Shown here: one piece after another, positions 1-12,949 of the stretch
Position numbering within the stretch: position 1 is the stretch's first letter
Layout of the letters: each line of letters opens with the position of its first letter
NCBI RefSeq assembly: GCF_030144855.1
Contig: NC_082718.1
Location: 109,616,001 to 109,680,000 of the forward strand
Direction of reading: 5' to 3'
Source of the DNA: Hypanus sabinus
Lineage: Eukaryota
DNA: 64,000 nucleotides
Position numbers and translations under genes: made by a program
Notes under the pieces: model-generated
Seen by the model: the letters and a program-made list of their open reading frames with translations, nothing else
Told to the model about the DNA's origin: nothing
The model's database searches: none

Positions 1-49
1 ACTTTGTAACCTTTTAAAAATGCAATAAAAAAAAGTTTTAAAAAAAAGA

Positions 50-370
50 GATCCCTGCTATCTACTCAGTGAGCTTGTCTCACTCCTACCATCAGGTAGG
101 AGATACAGGAGCCTGTGGTCCCACACCACCAGGTTCAGGAACAGTTACTACCTGACAATCACAGAATGACTTCAGTCACCACTTTCCTGAACTGATTTTG
201 CATACAGACTCATTTTCATGGACTCTTTACAACTCATATTTTTAGTATTTTTTTATTAATTGCAGAGTTTATCTTATTTTTCACATGGACTGTTTGTCCA
301 TCTTTATTTATGTAGAGTCATAAAATTCTGTTTCTTTTTTTCCTGTAAATGCCTGCAAGAAAATTAGTTG
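50..370 (+). mobile_element. Decayed 3' end of a Rex1/Babar- or L2-like LINE, preceded by an A-rich tail (1-48) of another element
   Basis: 'accatcaggtaggagatacaggagcctg...caccaccaggttcaggaacag' resembles copies at ~38050-38405 and ~56200-56610; AATAAA and A-run at 25-48. Confidence 0.6.
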
Positions 371-1051
371 GAGTCTGATACAGAAAACCACAGGCCGTCG
401 CTACAAGGCAGGTGAAGTGCTGGCTCTTGGAAGCCATTGAACAGACCGTGTACATTTTTTTATGCTGCACATCTCTTGTGCTGAATTCCATTGTGCACAC
501 AAGGGTCATGAGGGCACTAAAGTTGATCCTAACTGAAGAACGGAGGCCTGCTTTGATATTAATTTAACAGCTCATCCATCCACCTTGGTTCGCCAATGGA
601 AATAAAGGGGTATTCATCCGCATTCCTCTGGGAAGATGCAGTCTTTAACTTTCCATGGATACTGGTCGCTTTCACGCACTGCTGCTGTTATCCTCACCAC
701 CCCTTTCTCGCCTGCCTCCTCCACCTCAGCCCACACAATTGTCTTCCCCAGTTCACTTCCTCTACACCCCTCACAATGGCAGGAGATTGTGGAATATCAC
801 AGCTTCCTTTCCAGTGGGCTAAGTGCAGTTGCCATGAGTTAGATTTGATCTGTAGCTCTGTTTTAAAATAGCTATTAATTTGGAATTAGCTACATCAAGT
901 GAGTCACCAGGCTGGACTGAGTCAATAAGCTTGCCTCCCCTGGTGTTTAATGACTGTGTGGGGTCAGAATTGCTTTTATGCACGCATCTTATCAGTAAAT
1001 ACTCCCCATTCCTAACTGTTCTTCCCTAAATTCCAATTCCTCCTCTTCTAG

Positions 1052-1250
1052 ATCTCCAGGTGGGACTCCATCCAAAACCCCCAAGGTCAAGGCAGAACAA
1101 GAGGAAATGAGTTCTCCTGCATCTTCTTTCAACATGACTTTATTAAATAAATTTCGAAATACAAAGAGTCCTGATGAGAGTGCTCCACAATCACCAACGC
1201 CCAGTGACAGTGATAGCTCTGGATTTGCCACCCCTCCAGGGAGCCCGTGA
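1052..1250 (+). CDS. Probable terminal coding exon of an upstream gene: (R)SPGGTPSKTPKVKAEQEEMSSPASSFNMTLLNKFRNTKSPDESAPQSPTPSDSDSSGFATPPGSP*; PRR11/MTFR-like C-terminal motif
   Basis: Branch-like 'cctaac', polypyrimidine tract and AG at 1050-1051; phase-2 open frame to TGA at 1248-1250; Ser/Pro-rich; followed by long AU-rich, TE-poor sequence. Family resemblance is from memory only. Confidence 0.65.
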
Positions 1251-4200
1251 CAGGGACATCGTCTCTAACTTCTCTGAAATAACTGCCTCTGACCAAAGAA
1301 TTCTGCTGAACCACTGTGAAATCATGTTTGGTTTGATGTTTGCATTAAGCTGCTGTGAGTACACATCATGGAACCAATTATTACTGCAGAAAGTCCAAAA
1401 AGTAAGGGAAAAATCCTTATTTTTAGTACAGTATCATCTACAGGTAGTACAGCAACATCTGTACTTAACAAAAGACAATGGTTTCATATCTCAGCGAGCA
1501 TTGCTATATTTCAGATCTGTCTCATTACAGTGTCTTATCTAGTTCCAATATATTTGTCTACAATGCTTGATATTTACTAGATTTGTTTTTTGAGAATCTG
1601 GCAGCCATGTAAAGAAATGGATTGCATCTGGAAACATCACTATTTAAGCTTTTGACTGTTTATTGTAGATATAATAATCCAGAGATACAGAGTATAAGAG
1701 AAAATTTGGATTTTGAAAATAACAAAACTGGAAATGTTCTAATTAAATCTGAAAAATCACTCCGTGCATATCTCAAATCACATGGTTTCCAAACAAATGT
1801 AAAAGCAATGATCTTCACATTTTGCTATGCGGGGATCCAGCTTGTATTTGAAACACTTTCCTGCATCAGTTGAAGTATGAGAAATACTGTGATGCCCTTC
1901 AGTGATGAATGTAATGTAGGAAGAGGGTCAAATGTACCTGAAGTGCTTGTACCCAATTCTCACTTCAATCCCATACATTGCGAAATTGGACCAGACACAA
2001 CTCCTGTTACAATTCTTCCTGTGCTGGTATCACATCACATCAATATTTCACACAAATTGTGATGCCACCTGATGTGGCTCACTTTAATTACTTGGTGACA
2101 GAAATTGCATCAGTAAGTGACAAATTATGATCTTTGCATCAACCCATGATTAAAAACAAGGCCGTCATCACACTTACAGTGAACTATGAATGATTTAAAA
2201 GTGACACAGAGTCCCAAGGACTTCCTTTTTAATGTAAAGTAAGAAGTATCCCTAACTGGCAGATGGCAAAGGCTGAGGTTTCTGTGAGCTGGGAGATAGA
2301 GTATGCAGATCTCACACAACATGCTGGAGCAACTCAGCAGGTCAAGCAGCATCCGTGGAAACAAACAGTTAACATTTTGGGCCGAGATCCTTTGTCAGGA
2401 CTCAGCCCAAAACGTTGACTGTTCATTTCCACAGATGCTGTCTGACCTGCTGAGTTCCTCCAGCATGTTGCTGTGACCCCAGCATCTGCAGAGTATTTTG
2501 TGTTTAGTATGTAGATCTGTTGATTTGTGGCCCTGATCCTAATCCTAATTGCTGCACAGTTGTGATTTGTAGAGGATGCCTCCACAGAGAGATTTGTTCA
2601 GAAGTGTTAACCCACTTCCTATCTAATAAGCTTCTGCTCCCAATATGTACAAGTCGACTTTTAATGATCTAAAAAGGGGAAAAAAAAGTGTGCCCCAATT
2701 TTGAACATGATTTTGGTGATTAACATTTGTAAAAGTGACAGGGTCATTTTGTTTGCTGATGAGCTGTAATTATAAAAGAAAAGCTGGCAGTCTCTCTGAA
2801 GCAGGTCTTCAGTTTAGAAAATTGATTGTACAGGCAAGCCTTGTACTTCACAAAAACCACTGCGAATTTTAAGGAGAACAGAACATTTTCATTATGTCAG
2901 CCCTGATTTTATTCTCTTACGTCATGGTCAGTAACAAAGGATTTACTGGAGTTACAGTAATAATCTAATTTGTTACAATGAAACTTTGATTTGGGTTGAT
3001 GGGGAAATGATCAAAGGTTTTGAATGAAATACAGACAGAGGCAAATGTATGTAGGTTTTCAGTAGGGTCTTGGTAAGCTGTCAGTTCAGATTCTGTGGTT
3101 ATTATTCTTTCTGGAGTACATGTTGAACACAGAAAAGATAAGGATATAATGGAGACATTAAAGCTCAATGGGGATGTTAAAGTACAGTATTTAGAAAATT
3201 AATACAACAAGGAAACCAAAGCACAAATGGCGTTTGATGCAAAGAAAATTACTAAAGAGAATAACATACCTGGATATCTGAATTAAAAAAATATGGTAAT
3301 TCTCGGGATTAAAGTTGCATTTTGCTGTTGGAATTAAGGAAGCACAACAGTAACTGGGAAAATGTTTTTCAGAAGAGATGTTAAAATGAGCCCTTGCTCC
3401 CCCTCCATTTACCTGTCAAGATTTGCATGAAAGGTTTCCCATAGTGGTTTTAAAGGGACTATAGTTTTGCAGTTGCCTTTAACAATTTTAATTATCATCA
3501 CCAAAATTAAAACTACTGGTCACTTATCCCATTTGTCATCTGTAAATCCTTTCTGCACAACTACAGGTCCTTCCTCAGGTTAGGACAGGATTTCATTCCT
3601 GTGAATATACACCAGTCAGAAATGTGGCCTCAAACTGAATTCCCAGGCAGCAGAAAGTGCCCGCAGCCCCACAGCAGCTGACAAATCTGTCCCACCAGTC
3701 TCCCCAGTGCCAATTCACATATATGGGTTATACACATTAGGTGTTTGTAAGCTTGTCAAGGCCTCTATTAGTTTCCATATTTGCTTACAAAATAACAGTT
3801 AAGTGCTGACTAAGTACAAGTCAAATTCTACTGTTATAAGATTATTATTTTTATTCAATTTTTGAAAAGTGGAATCGGATCGTTTTAATTCTGTAAAAGC
3901 TTCAATCAATTGTCTTATGAGATGTAGGTGCTTTCCATAACAAGGCATTTGCTCATCACTGTATATGGGTCAGTTTGCTGGGTAGCATCGGCAATTTTTG
4001 AACAAGTTTCTTTTGTTTACCTTTGGCTATACAAACGATTCCAGTGACTGAAACTTTGTGTTGACTACATAATGTTGAAATTTAAGTTTCTATTTTGTTA
4101 CATTCTTTCAGCAGTGCATTGCCTTAATCTATGCTGGGTTTAGTATCCAGTTTAGTGTATAATGAAAGAGGCAAAATTATATATTTAGTTTTTATTTTAT

Positions 4201-4640
4201 ATTAAGCAAGTGGACTAGGTATGAATTTGGTGACTGAATGTGCTTTTTTCATTAATGTTATTTTGATATTAAAATTTGTTAAATTTTTAAAGCCAACTTA
4301 TTTCTTTAACTCAATAATAGAAGCAGCATTTCAATTGTAGAGACAAACAAGACTGGTGTGTAGTTTTTCCTCTTCCTCACACCCAAGCACTTATCAAAGC
4401 ATTTTGAACATGCTGCAAGAACAACCTTTAATTTTAATCTTTTAGATTTTGGGTTTGATAGGTTTGTATATGAACTATGCAAACAACCGCATGAAATGTC
4501 TCTGTTCTGCTAGCTGGTAATGTTGTACAAGTCCCATGATTCAAACAAAATCTCTCCTAATGTATATTTTCAGGCAATTTAGAATTTTGCTTTATCTAAC
4601 TTTCTCAGAATAAATAATTTTATATTTTAATATTTTATGT
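1251..4640 (+). other. Probable 3' UTR of the upstream gene
   Basis: AU-rich, mostly TE-free sequence after the stop; AATAAA near 4609 followed by U-rich sequence. End point uncertain. Confidence 0.35.
2310..2500. mobile_element. Palindromic Penelope-derived short element
   Basis: Arm 'atgctggagcaactcagcaggtcaagcagcatc' is inverted relative to 'gatgctgtctgacctgctgagttcctccagcat'; degenerate hammerhead-like core in the centre. Confidence 0.7.
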
Positions 4641-4729
4641 GAATGTCTATTGTAATTATAATTGAACAGAACACACTAAATGGCTTTTAATGGACTTGCC
4701 CAATGGACCATAACCACTGCACATCTTAG

Positions 4730-5170
4730 GATACTACCTGTGTCTCAATATCACCAAGACCAAGGAGATGGTGGTGGACTTTAGGAGACCTAGGCCTCAC
4801 CATCCAGAGACAGAGAAGCAGCTTCAGCGGCAGGTTGTTGTCAATGCATTGCCTCTCAGACAGGATGAAGAGATCATTACTCCCCAACGCCATTCGGCTC
4901 TACAATTCAACCACCAGGGGCAAGACATGTTAAAGTGCCGGGGTTAGAACTGAGCTTAAGTTACCACTCAATGCACTTTAGTAAACTATTTAAGAACTTT
5001 TTAAAAGCTATTTATTAATGCTTTTTGGGAGGGTGATTTTAGATGCATATCATATTTATACTAAGTTAAATACTGTATGCAATTAGTTTTGCTATAATAA
5101 GTGTATGGGACACTGGAAAAATGTTGAATTTCCCCTTGGGGATGAATAAAGTATCTATCTATCTATCTAC
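4730..5170 (+). mobile_element. Rex1/Babar-type LINE 3' fragment with an internal deletion
   Basis: Encodes LNITKTKEMVVDFRR (RT C-terminal motif); ends 'ttccccttggggatgaataaag(tatc)n'. Confidence 0.75.
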
Positions 5171-5194
5171 TTAAAGGACAATGTTAATGTCAAA

Positions 5195-5712
5195 ACCTAA
5201 CTCTGGTTAGGCCACACTTGGAGTATTGTGTCCAGTTCTGGTCGCCTCACTATAGGAAGGATGCAGAAGCACTGGAAAGGGTACAGAGGAGATTTACCAG
5301 GATGCTGACTGGTTTAGAGAGTATGGATTATGATCAGAGATTAAGGGAACTAGGGCTTTACTCTTTGGAGAGGAGGATGAGAGGAGACATGATAGAAGTG
5401 TACAAGATATTAAGAGGAATAGACAGAGTGGACAGACAGCGCCTCTTCCCCAGGGCACCACTGCTCAGTACAAGAGTACGTGGCTTTAAGGTAAGAGGTG
5501 GGAAGTTCAAGGGGGATATTAGAGGAAGGATTTTTACTGAGGGAGTAGTTGGTGCGTGGAATGCACTGCCTGAGTCAGTGGTGGAGGCAGATACAGTAGT
5601 GAAATTTAAGACACTACTAGACAGGTATATGCAGGAATTTAAGGTGGGGGGTTATATGGGAGGTAGGGTTTAAGGGTCGGCACTGTGCTGTACTATTCTA
5701 TGTTCTAATGTT
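5195..5712 (+). mobile_element. CR1 LINE 3' end (5'-truncated)
   Basis: ORF 5218-5673 EYCVQFWSPHYRKD..LERVQRRFTRM..RGDMIEVYKI; tail 'tattctatgttct'. Confidence 0.92.
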
Positions 5713-5815
5713 CTCAAACGTGTGACCATAGGTTCGTAAAAAACAGAGGGAGGCCCATGTCATGCCCTGATCTAAATGATCTAAAATTCATGGCACTGTT
5801 TCATGAAAAAATATT

Positions 5816-6435
5816 TGTAACACCTACCCAACAGGCTGGTATATGTCTAGGGGAAAAGGAGATCCAGCCACTCACCAACCCCACCTCCCGTACACGCAGG
5901 TGCTGTGAGAATCAAGTTTATGCCGCGCGTACCACACAATATCAAACTCACACCAGATACCATTACAGAATACACTTTAAAGATTTTACTAAAACTAAAA
6001 TCCTACTATGCAATACAGTATATACGAAGAAAAAGAAAATAAAGCAAAAGGTGCCAACTTATCAAAGTTCAGTCAGTTTAGTGCACATCGTTGGAGCTCA
6101 ACCATCGAACCATTCGACCCCTCGTCACTTGCCTCCGACCTCCACGTCCTCGCACCTGGGACCACCCCGGTGGTTGACCGAGCAGTGCAGCACACGTCCA
6201 CCTTCCTCGGTGTCTCCTTCCTGCCTCTCCTCAAAAGACCGTGAAACCCCCAAGCTCCCAGCCCCACAAGACAAAATAACATTCCCCATTGGTTAACAAA
6301 TGAACACAATCCCCATATCAGCAAGTCCAAAGCTAAACAGCTGCGAGAGAAAAACACTTTAAATTAGACATAAAAGCATTCCTACTTTAGCAAACCAAAG
6401 AAGCCATTTTGATTACATACACAATACATTGTACA
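5816..6435 (-). mobile_element. Solo LTR (620 bp)
   Basis: TGTA...TACA termini; 4-bp TSD TATT at 5812-5815 and 6436-6439. Orientation inferred. Confidence 0.8.
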
Positions 6436-8111
6436 TATTAAATAATCCTACTGAGGAAATGAAAGACTTGACATGATTTTTTTTCTATGGTTTTTCTTTG
6501 GCACCTGAACATACATGAAAGATTTGCATTCTCAGCTGACTGTTTGCTTTTATTTAGATCTTAGACCCTTATTTCAGATTAAACTAAAATATTTTCAATC
6601 TTTATGTAAAGTTCTACCACATTGTTATCATTCTTTCCTAAAATCTGCCTTAACACTTGTTTTCTCATTGCAAGTTGCTGGGACTAAAATAGGCCTTACC
6701 TCAGTGAATCCTCAAAATATTGATCTGGGTAACTATCTATTATCCATTCCTGTTTGCAGCTCACACTGTTATTGATAATTGATAGTTTGTATAATCTACA
6801 GGTAGATGAAAGTCCCTATTGGTTACTGCATTATCCTTGCTATAAGAGTCTCCAATTTCCTAATTTATATCATCCCCCACATTACGACTACATCAGAACC
6901 TACAGCAAGCTCCCTCCAATTTTCTCTGCCTGTTTTAACTCTACCCAAATTGATTCTGCTTAATAATTTTTTGAGCCCAATCTTTACTCTCAACTGTTTT
7001 TATCTCATTGTTTATCAATCCAGTGCTCTTTTTGCAATTTGCTGATCTTAATTAAAAGTTAATAACTCCTTTGTTCCTCTTGACAAATCAGGTACTATAT
7101 ACTGTGTGTGTGGCTGAACTCCAAATTACACAACTTGGCCCAATCCTTTCAAAATCGATCTTCACTGAATCATTGATTAAATTATGTCGGATGTAGAACA
7201 TGCTCAAGGGCAACTGTATCATTTATTTGTGTCTTCTGTGTGTTTAATCACAGCAAAAGAACATTGTTTTTTCCAAGAGAATTATTTAAAACAAAAATAA
7301 TATTTCCATAACAATGTGCTATGAATAAAATAGATCACAGGTATGACATAGGGTTGATAGCCTTCCTCTATGTTTGTATGAATATGTGGAGACATATTTA
7401 ACATTTGGGAGCAGTTGAAAGATTTTTATATGAACTGTTCTGAAGTATCCCAAGCTTTGCTGTAGTTCAGTTCTCCAGGTTACCAATGACATGAAAATTA
7501 TTTGCTCTTTCTGCACACATTAAGGATTATTTCTGGATGATTTAGACAATTCTATCATTACATATTGGGTAATATTATTGAAAATGAAAAGCAGAATTTG
7601 ATCAAGTACTTTTCAGGATAGTAACATTACTGTCAGGAGAAATTGTAGGCCTGTGATTGGTGAAATGCAACAAGTAAATAAGTGTTGTTTCTGTTTTGCC
7701 CTTCAGGACCACTAAGAAATTTAAATTTTTTCCTCTTTGAAAAAGTGTTTAAGATTATTTAAGTACATATTGTTCTTTTGAATGCAGGAGACCATACATG
7801 ATGTGAGTCAAAGGTGATTTCTTGAAATAATAGCCTTTATGAGGCACACATTTTTTGTAAACATTCCTTTGAGTAGAATATATCTGGATAGTGGTTGCAT
7901 TCCCTTTCTCTGGAAAAGCATTGAAGATATAATTTCTCAATAAAGTTTTTTTTTTGGATCTTCACAGACATTCTATGCAGCCTACATATATAAAAACATA
8001 CCAGTGAATGAGAAATAAGAGATAAAAGCAGTTACATTATTATTAATCTACTTATACATAGAATCACATTTTACCAACACCAGGAGTTTCCTCATTTACA
8101 ATGTCACAATG

Positions 8112-8264
8112 TTAAAAGGGAAGAATGCTTGGCAGAATCTCCCCACATCGAGCACTGATTTTCAGAGTGGCCAGTTTATCTGCTCTTGTCTCCCCAATAT
8201 TCAGTATTGCAACTGGCAACTTCTTCTCATAGGCTTCAATGATGAATCTATATCCTGAATACAC
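8112..8264 (-). CDS. SIRT4: SIRT4 last coding exon: [50 protein letters not shown]
   Basis: Manual translation; acceptor 'ttttccattaatag'; phase 0 continues GSSLQ|VYSG; sirtuin LNIG motif; TAA at 8114-8112. Confidence 0.95.
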   Translation of the reverse strand: MYSGYRFIIEAYEKKLPVAILNIGETRADKLATLKISARCGEILPSILPF

Positions 8265-8399
8265 CTATTAATGGAAAACATAAATAGTTAAATATTTTAA
8301 TTGATAAACTGCCCAGACAGGTATAATCCATTATGTATTTGAACCCAACACTAAGGCAGGAGCTTAATGCCTTTCACGACCCCCCCCCCCCCCCCCCCG

Positions 8400-10330
8400 G
8401 GAACAGAGACTGTCCTTCCAGAGGATTCATGTACATTTTGCTGGGCCATTCATGGGCACAAAATTCTTGGTATAGTAGGAGCATCTACAAAATTGCCTGA
8501 AGTGTTTCCAATAGCCTCCTACAGCTTTGTAAACAGCTGATGTGTTGAGAATCCTCTTCTCTAGGACTGGTGTTCCAGAACACTTTGTCAGTGACAATGG
8601 ACCACAGTTTGTTTGGGAACAATTTCAATCATTACTGAAATTGAATGGAATAAGACATATTAGATCTGCACTATACCACCCAGTTACAAATGACTTGGCT
8701 GAAAGGTTTGTCCAGAGTCTGAAGAATACATTGCAAACAACATCAGCACAGCACACCAATTTCCTCCATGCATAACACAATGCAGCATACTGCACAACCA
8801 ACAATTCACCAGTCATGCTGTTCCTGGTTTGTCCCTTCCACTCGCCCTCCGAACTGCGCAAACTCAATCTCAGAAGGCATATGCAGGACTGTTACGAAGG
8901 ATGAACAACTCTGATGGGCAGAAGGGTACAGAGTCGCCCATGCCTCCTCCCCTTTTGGAAAATCGCAAATCACTACTATTTCGATGCTGCTAACAAGGAA
9001 GTAAGAGAGACAAAAGGAAATCTGCCCGGGCAGTTGTTATTGATAACAGCTCATGAAAGTTAATGAGAGAGAGGCACAGCTAGGGTGGAATGTCTCCTAC
9101 TAACAAAAGAAGAACGGAACCATTGATTACTGCTATTGTCTTTTGGAGAAGGATTGTTTACTTAGTACTGTTCTATTCATTGAAACCTCTCAGGGGGCAA
9201 CCTGAGTGGGCTGGTTTGATGGGTTACATCACCCTAACCTGATTGACACCTGAGACCCCGTGAGTGGGGATAAAAGTAAGGTCTGAGGTAACACCCCTCA
9301 GACGCACCAGGAGAAACGCTAGTGAGCATCAGAACCCCCACGAGACAGGGTGGGAGACCGGAGACCGAACGAAGGGTCGGTAAATTTTAACTCGCAGTGT
9401 CTTGTAGCGAGACCGGTGGGGGCTTGTGTGTGCGTCCACCCTTGCCTGGGTGACGAGTCCACCACGGAAGAACGGTCTAGCTAAAGGACAGAGGGGTCGT
9501 ACGTGAATGGCCACAACAACAATGCATCGACGGATCAAAATCGTAAAGGAAGGTTGGCAAGATAATAGCTGTTATTGTTCACCCGTTTTCTCTCTCCAAC
9601 AATTGAAACACCGCGACCAACAACGACCGCAGCCTGCATGAACTGAACTGAACTTTATATTTCCATCTGACAATTCATTATCCCCAGACAATGATAGAGC
9701 TTATTTCTTATTGATTATTATTATATCCGCACTTTTAGGTTTAGTATTATCTATATATTTGCATTGATATTATTTTTGTGTATTTTTACTAATAAATACT
9801 GTTGAAAATAGTATCACCAGACTCCAACGGACCTTCTATCTTTGCTGGTAAGACACCCAGTTACGGGGTTCGTAACAGGACAAACAACTGAAACAAATTG
9901 AGGGCTCCTCAAACAAAGAGGTTTGAGGTTTCACCCCTGGACAAAGGACTATTTGGCAAAATTAAGGACCAAACTGAACCACTCTCCTACACAGCGCAGG
10001 CTGTGTCTGATGAGATAACACCTCGATCAGTTGAGGAGAGCAGTGTCAATTGTTAGAGAAGAAAGCTGTCCAGAGCTGCCAAAACCACTTCCTGCACTTA
10101 GAGTCAACTCCTAGACACACTCGAATTTGTTTTGCAGACGTAAGTCTAACCTGCCGAGCAGAGTGCCCTCGCCGGTAAGGAAAGCCTTTATCTCACTACA
10201 TTAATAAATCCTCCACAGTGATTAAATCCTTAGGCCTGAATGGGACAATTTTAAATTTGCTGTGCTGTGGATGTGTATATAATAGTTGAGCTGCAGATTG
10301 TAGCTACACAGGGAGTAGTGTTGTGAATTT
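8400..10330 (+). mobile_element. Decayed Gypsy integrase and 3' region, interrupted by a solo LTR, inside the last SIRT4 intron
   Basis: RIHVHFAGPF, GVPEHFVSDNGPQF, SALYHPVTNDLAERFVQ (integrase core); frame continues LRRHMQD|KQLKQIEG across the insertion. Confidence 0.85.
8890..9877 (+). mobile_element. Solo LTR (988 bp) inserted in the Gypsy integrase
   Basis: Perfect 9-bp inverted termini TGTTACGAA...TTCGTAACA; TSD GGAC at 8886-8889 and 9878-9881; AATAAA near 9791. Confidence 0.9.
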
Positions 10331-10349
10331 AAATATTTCAGTAATATTT

Positions 10350-10475
10350 GACCAGGTACTTTATCAGGACCCACAGCTTCACTTTGATTGATCTGGGCTA
10401 GGGTCTTCCTCACATCTGCTGCAGCCAAAAAGAGTGCCTGCTCCTCAGGGAAAGAGGGGTCCTTCCTAATTTCCT
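10350..10475 (-). mobile_element. Rex1/Babar-type RT fragment
   Basis: ADVRKTLAQINQSEAVGPDKVPG (pre-RT KAxGPD motif). Confidence 0.6.
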
Positions 10476-11279
10476 GAATTTTAGAATGCTCAAATATAAA
10501 AGGCACTATGTCCATTCTGTTTTTAAGCATTACCTCAGAGACTGAGTCTGAAACATGTATAAAAAATGGCATGTTGCTCTGAATTACTTGGAAGAGGAAA
10601 TAACATTGTGAGAACTAACATATCCTCTAGACACATTACTATAAACATAATGCAGCATATATGGACATCACTGGACCTTTCTGAGCTAACCAATTAGTTC
10701 CACTCTGCTTAACTTTAAACCCTTAAAAATATCTTGCTATAGTTTTGAAAGTTTTCATGAATAGTTGGCTACCATCACCTTTTTAGGCTGTGCCTTACAA
10801 AACACAACTCGGTATGCAAAATAAAATCACCCATTTTCCTCATAGTTCTGTAAGAATTCCTTAATTTTGGACACCTCTAATAAAGCTCTTCGTAGTCTTT
10901 GCAGCTCTAAGGAAAGTTTTCTTATTCTTCCAAGTGACTATTTTGTCTTATTCCTGATATAATTCTAGAAGATAATCTTCTGCATGTTATCCAAGTTTTG
11001 GACATGCTTCCTAAAATATGGTGTCCATAATATGACCTAATATTCTAACCCAGTTAGTATATTATGTTTCATTGGCAATCCTACAAGCCTTTTGATAAGA
11101 ATTATTTGATGGGAAATGTGTACAAGGAATACTGCCTGATAACTGCAGAGCAGTATTCTGGATGTGTAATTGTTCTGGTATTATGGAATGTGGTGTATAA
11201 CACAAAATTGGTGCAGTTTAGTATTTTCTGCTTTTGTATCTTTTGGTGCAGGGTGAGTGCTCCCTGGAAGTATACTCCT

Positions 11280-11465
11280 TTTTAGTCCTTTCCCCTCCTC
11301 TCCATTTTATTCTACCTTTATCCTCCTTTCCAGTCCTGGTGAAGGGTCTTGGCCCGAAATATCACTTCTTTATTCCTCTCCATAGATGATGCTTGACCTA
11401 CTGAGTTCCTCCAGCATTATGTGTGTGTCACTTCAGATTTCCAGCATCTGCAGAATCTCATGTTT
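11280..11465 (+). mobile_element. Penelope-derived short element with a degenerate hammerhead motif
   Basis: CAGTC-CTGGTGA-AGGG-TCTTGG-CCC-GAAA-TA-TC at 11331-11363, followed by 'ctgagttcctccagcatt...ccagcatctgcagaatctc'. Confidence 0.75.
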
Positions 11466-11534
11466 CATAAAGTATGCAGTGGTTTTTATAAAATTCAGAA
11501 CTGAGTAAATTGAGAATATAAATGTAGTATTTTA

Positions 11535-12220
11535 CTACATTTACTTTACTTTGTCAGTAAACAATTGATACTAGAGTGTACAATCATCACAGTGATATTT
11601 GTTTCTGCACTTTGCGCTCCCTGAAGTACAAATCAAAGTAAATATAATCAAAATTTAAATTATAAATCATAATTAGAAAATAGAAAAGGGAGTGAGGTAG
11701 TGCAAGTCAGGTCCGGATATTTGGAAGGTACGGCCCAGATCCGGGTCAGGATCTGTTCAGCAGTCTTATCACAGTTGGAAAGAAGCTGTTCCCAAATCTG
11801 GCCGTACGAATCTTCATGCTCCTGAACCTTCTCCCGGAGGGAAGTGGGACAAAAAGTGTGTTGGCTGGGTGGGTCTTGTCCTTGATTATCCTGGCAGCAC
11901 TGCTCCGACAGTGTGGGGTGTAGAGTGAGTCCAAGGATGTAAGATTGGTTTGTGTGATGTGCTGGGGTATGTTCACAATCTTCTGCAGCTTCTTCCAGTC
12001 TTGGACAGGACAACTTCCATACCAGGTTGTGATGCACCCTAGAGGAATGCTTTCTATGGTGCACCTATAAAAATTAGTGAGGGTTTTAGGGGACAGGCCA
12101 AATTTCTTCAGCTTTCTCAGGAGGTAAGGGCACTGGTGGGCCTTCTTGGCAGTGGACTCTGCTTGGTTAGACCAAGTCAGGTTATTTGTGATATTCACCC
12201 TGAGGAACTTGAAGCTTTTT
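11535..12220 (-). mobile_element. Rex1/Babar-type LINE 3' part
   Basis: ORF 11746-12198 ITNNLTWS..KKAHQ..LRKLKKFGLSPKTLTNFYRCTIES..LPSGRR..NSFFP. Confidence 0.88.
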
Positions 12221-12949
12221 AAAGATTTGGGAAAGTCTTAAGGACAGAAATATGAAGATATCAATCACACAGTTAGATTTCACATGATTTGGTCTCCAAC
12301 AAATTACAGTAAAAAACATTTCAGTTGGGATGACACAAATGCTTACTCTTGGAAACTTAATATTTTGTCTAATTACCTGCCCTTCCCCACCCTCTTTTTA
12401 AAGCAGAGGGCATTGAGAGAAGATGTGATAAAGGTGTTTAAAATGAGGAGTCCATTAACCAGGTAGAGAGAAACTGAGTCAAGAGCTAAAGAACAGAGAT
12501 TTGAAGTGTTTGGCAAAAGAAACAATATCTATATGCAGAAAAGCTTCCTTTTATAGAATGGCTGGTCAGCTCCTAGAATGCATTACCTGCTGGGGTCACA
12601 GCGACAGATTCAAATGTGATTTTCACAAAAGCCCCCATCTCAGTAATTTTGATGATCCTATTAATGGTTACTCAATGCAAAATAGAGCTCTGTTCTTTGT
12701 TTTTCTCATAATGATAAAGATTTTCACAGATCTCTGTAAATTCTAAACTGGGTTTCCTTCCACTGCCCTGCAATTTAAATTGCGATGACTACATTAATGT
12801 AAACAATAGTTACTTAGATAGTTAGCAGCTAACCACACCTGATGTCTGCAGGGTGAAAAGATGCAAAAAAAGTGAAAAATCTGACAATTCTATCTGCCAC
12901 TTTTAATCCTGATCGAGTGACAACCCCTTTGATAATCTCCGCCACTCAC

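Noticed and set aside
384-411. Possible micro-exon (cag|AAAACC...GCAG|gtgaag)
   Set aside because: Weak pyrimidine tract, adjacent to a LINE remnant, no supporting homology
992-1231. Minus-strand 79-aa ORF
   Set aside because: Antisense shadow of the + strand exon at 1052-1250
3985-4001. GCATCGGCAATTTTTGA resembles the U4 snRNA Sm-site region
   Set aside because: Flanking sequence does not match U4; chance similarity. The same holds for a short match near 50282
8379-8398. Long C/G homopolymers (also ~20325, ~25490, ~50450)
   Set aside because: Simple slippage tracts or long-read homopolymer artefacts; the polyproline ORFs they create are spurious
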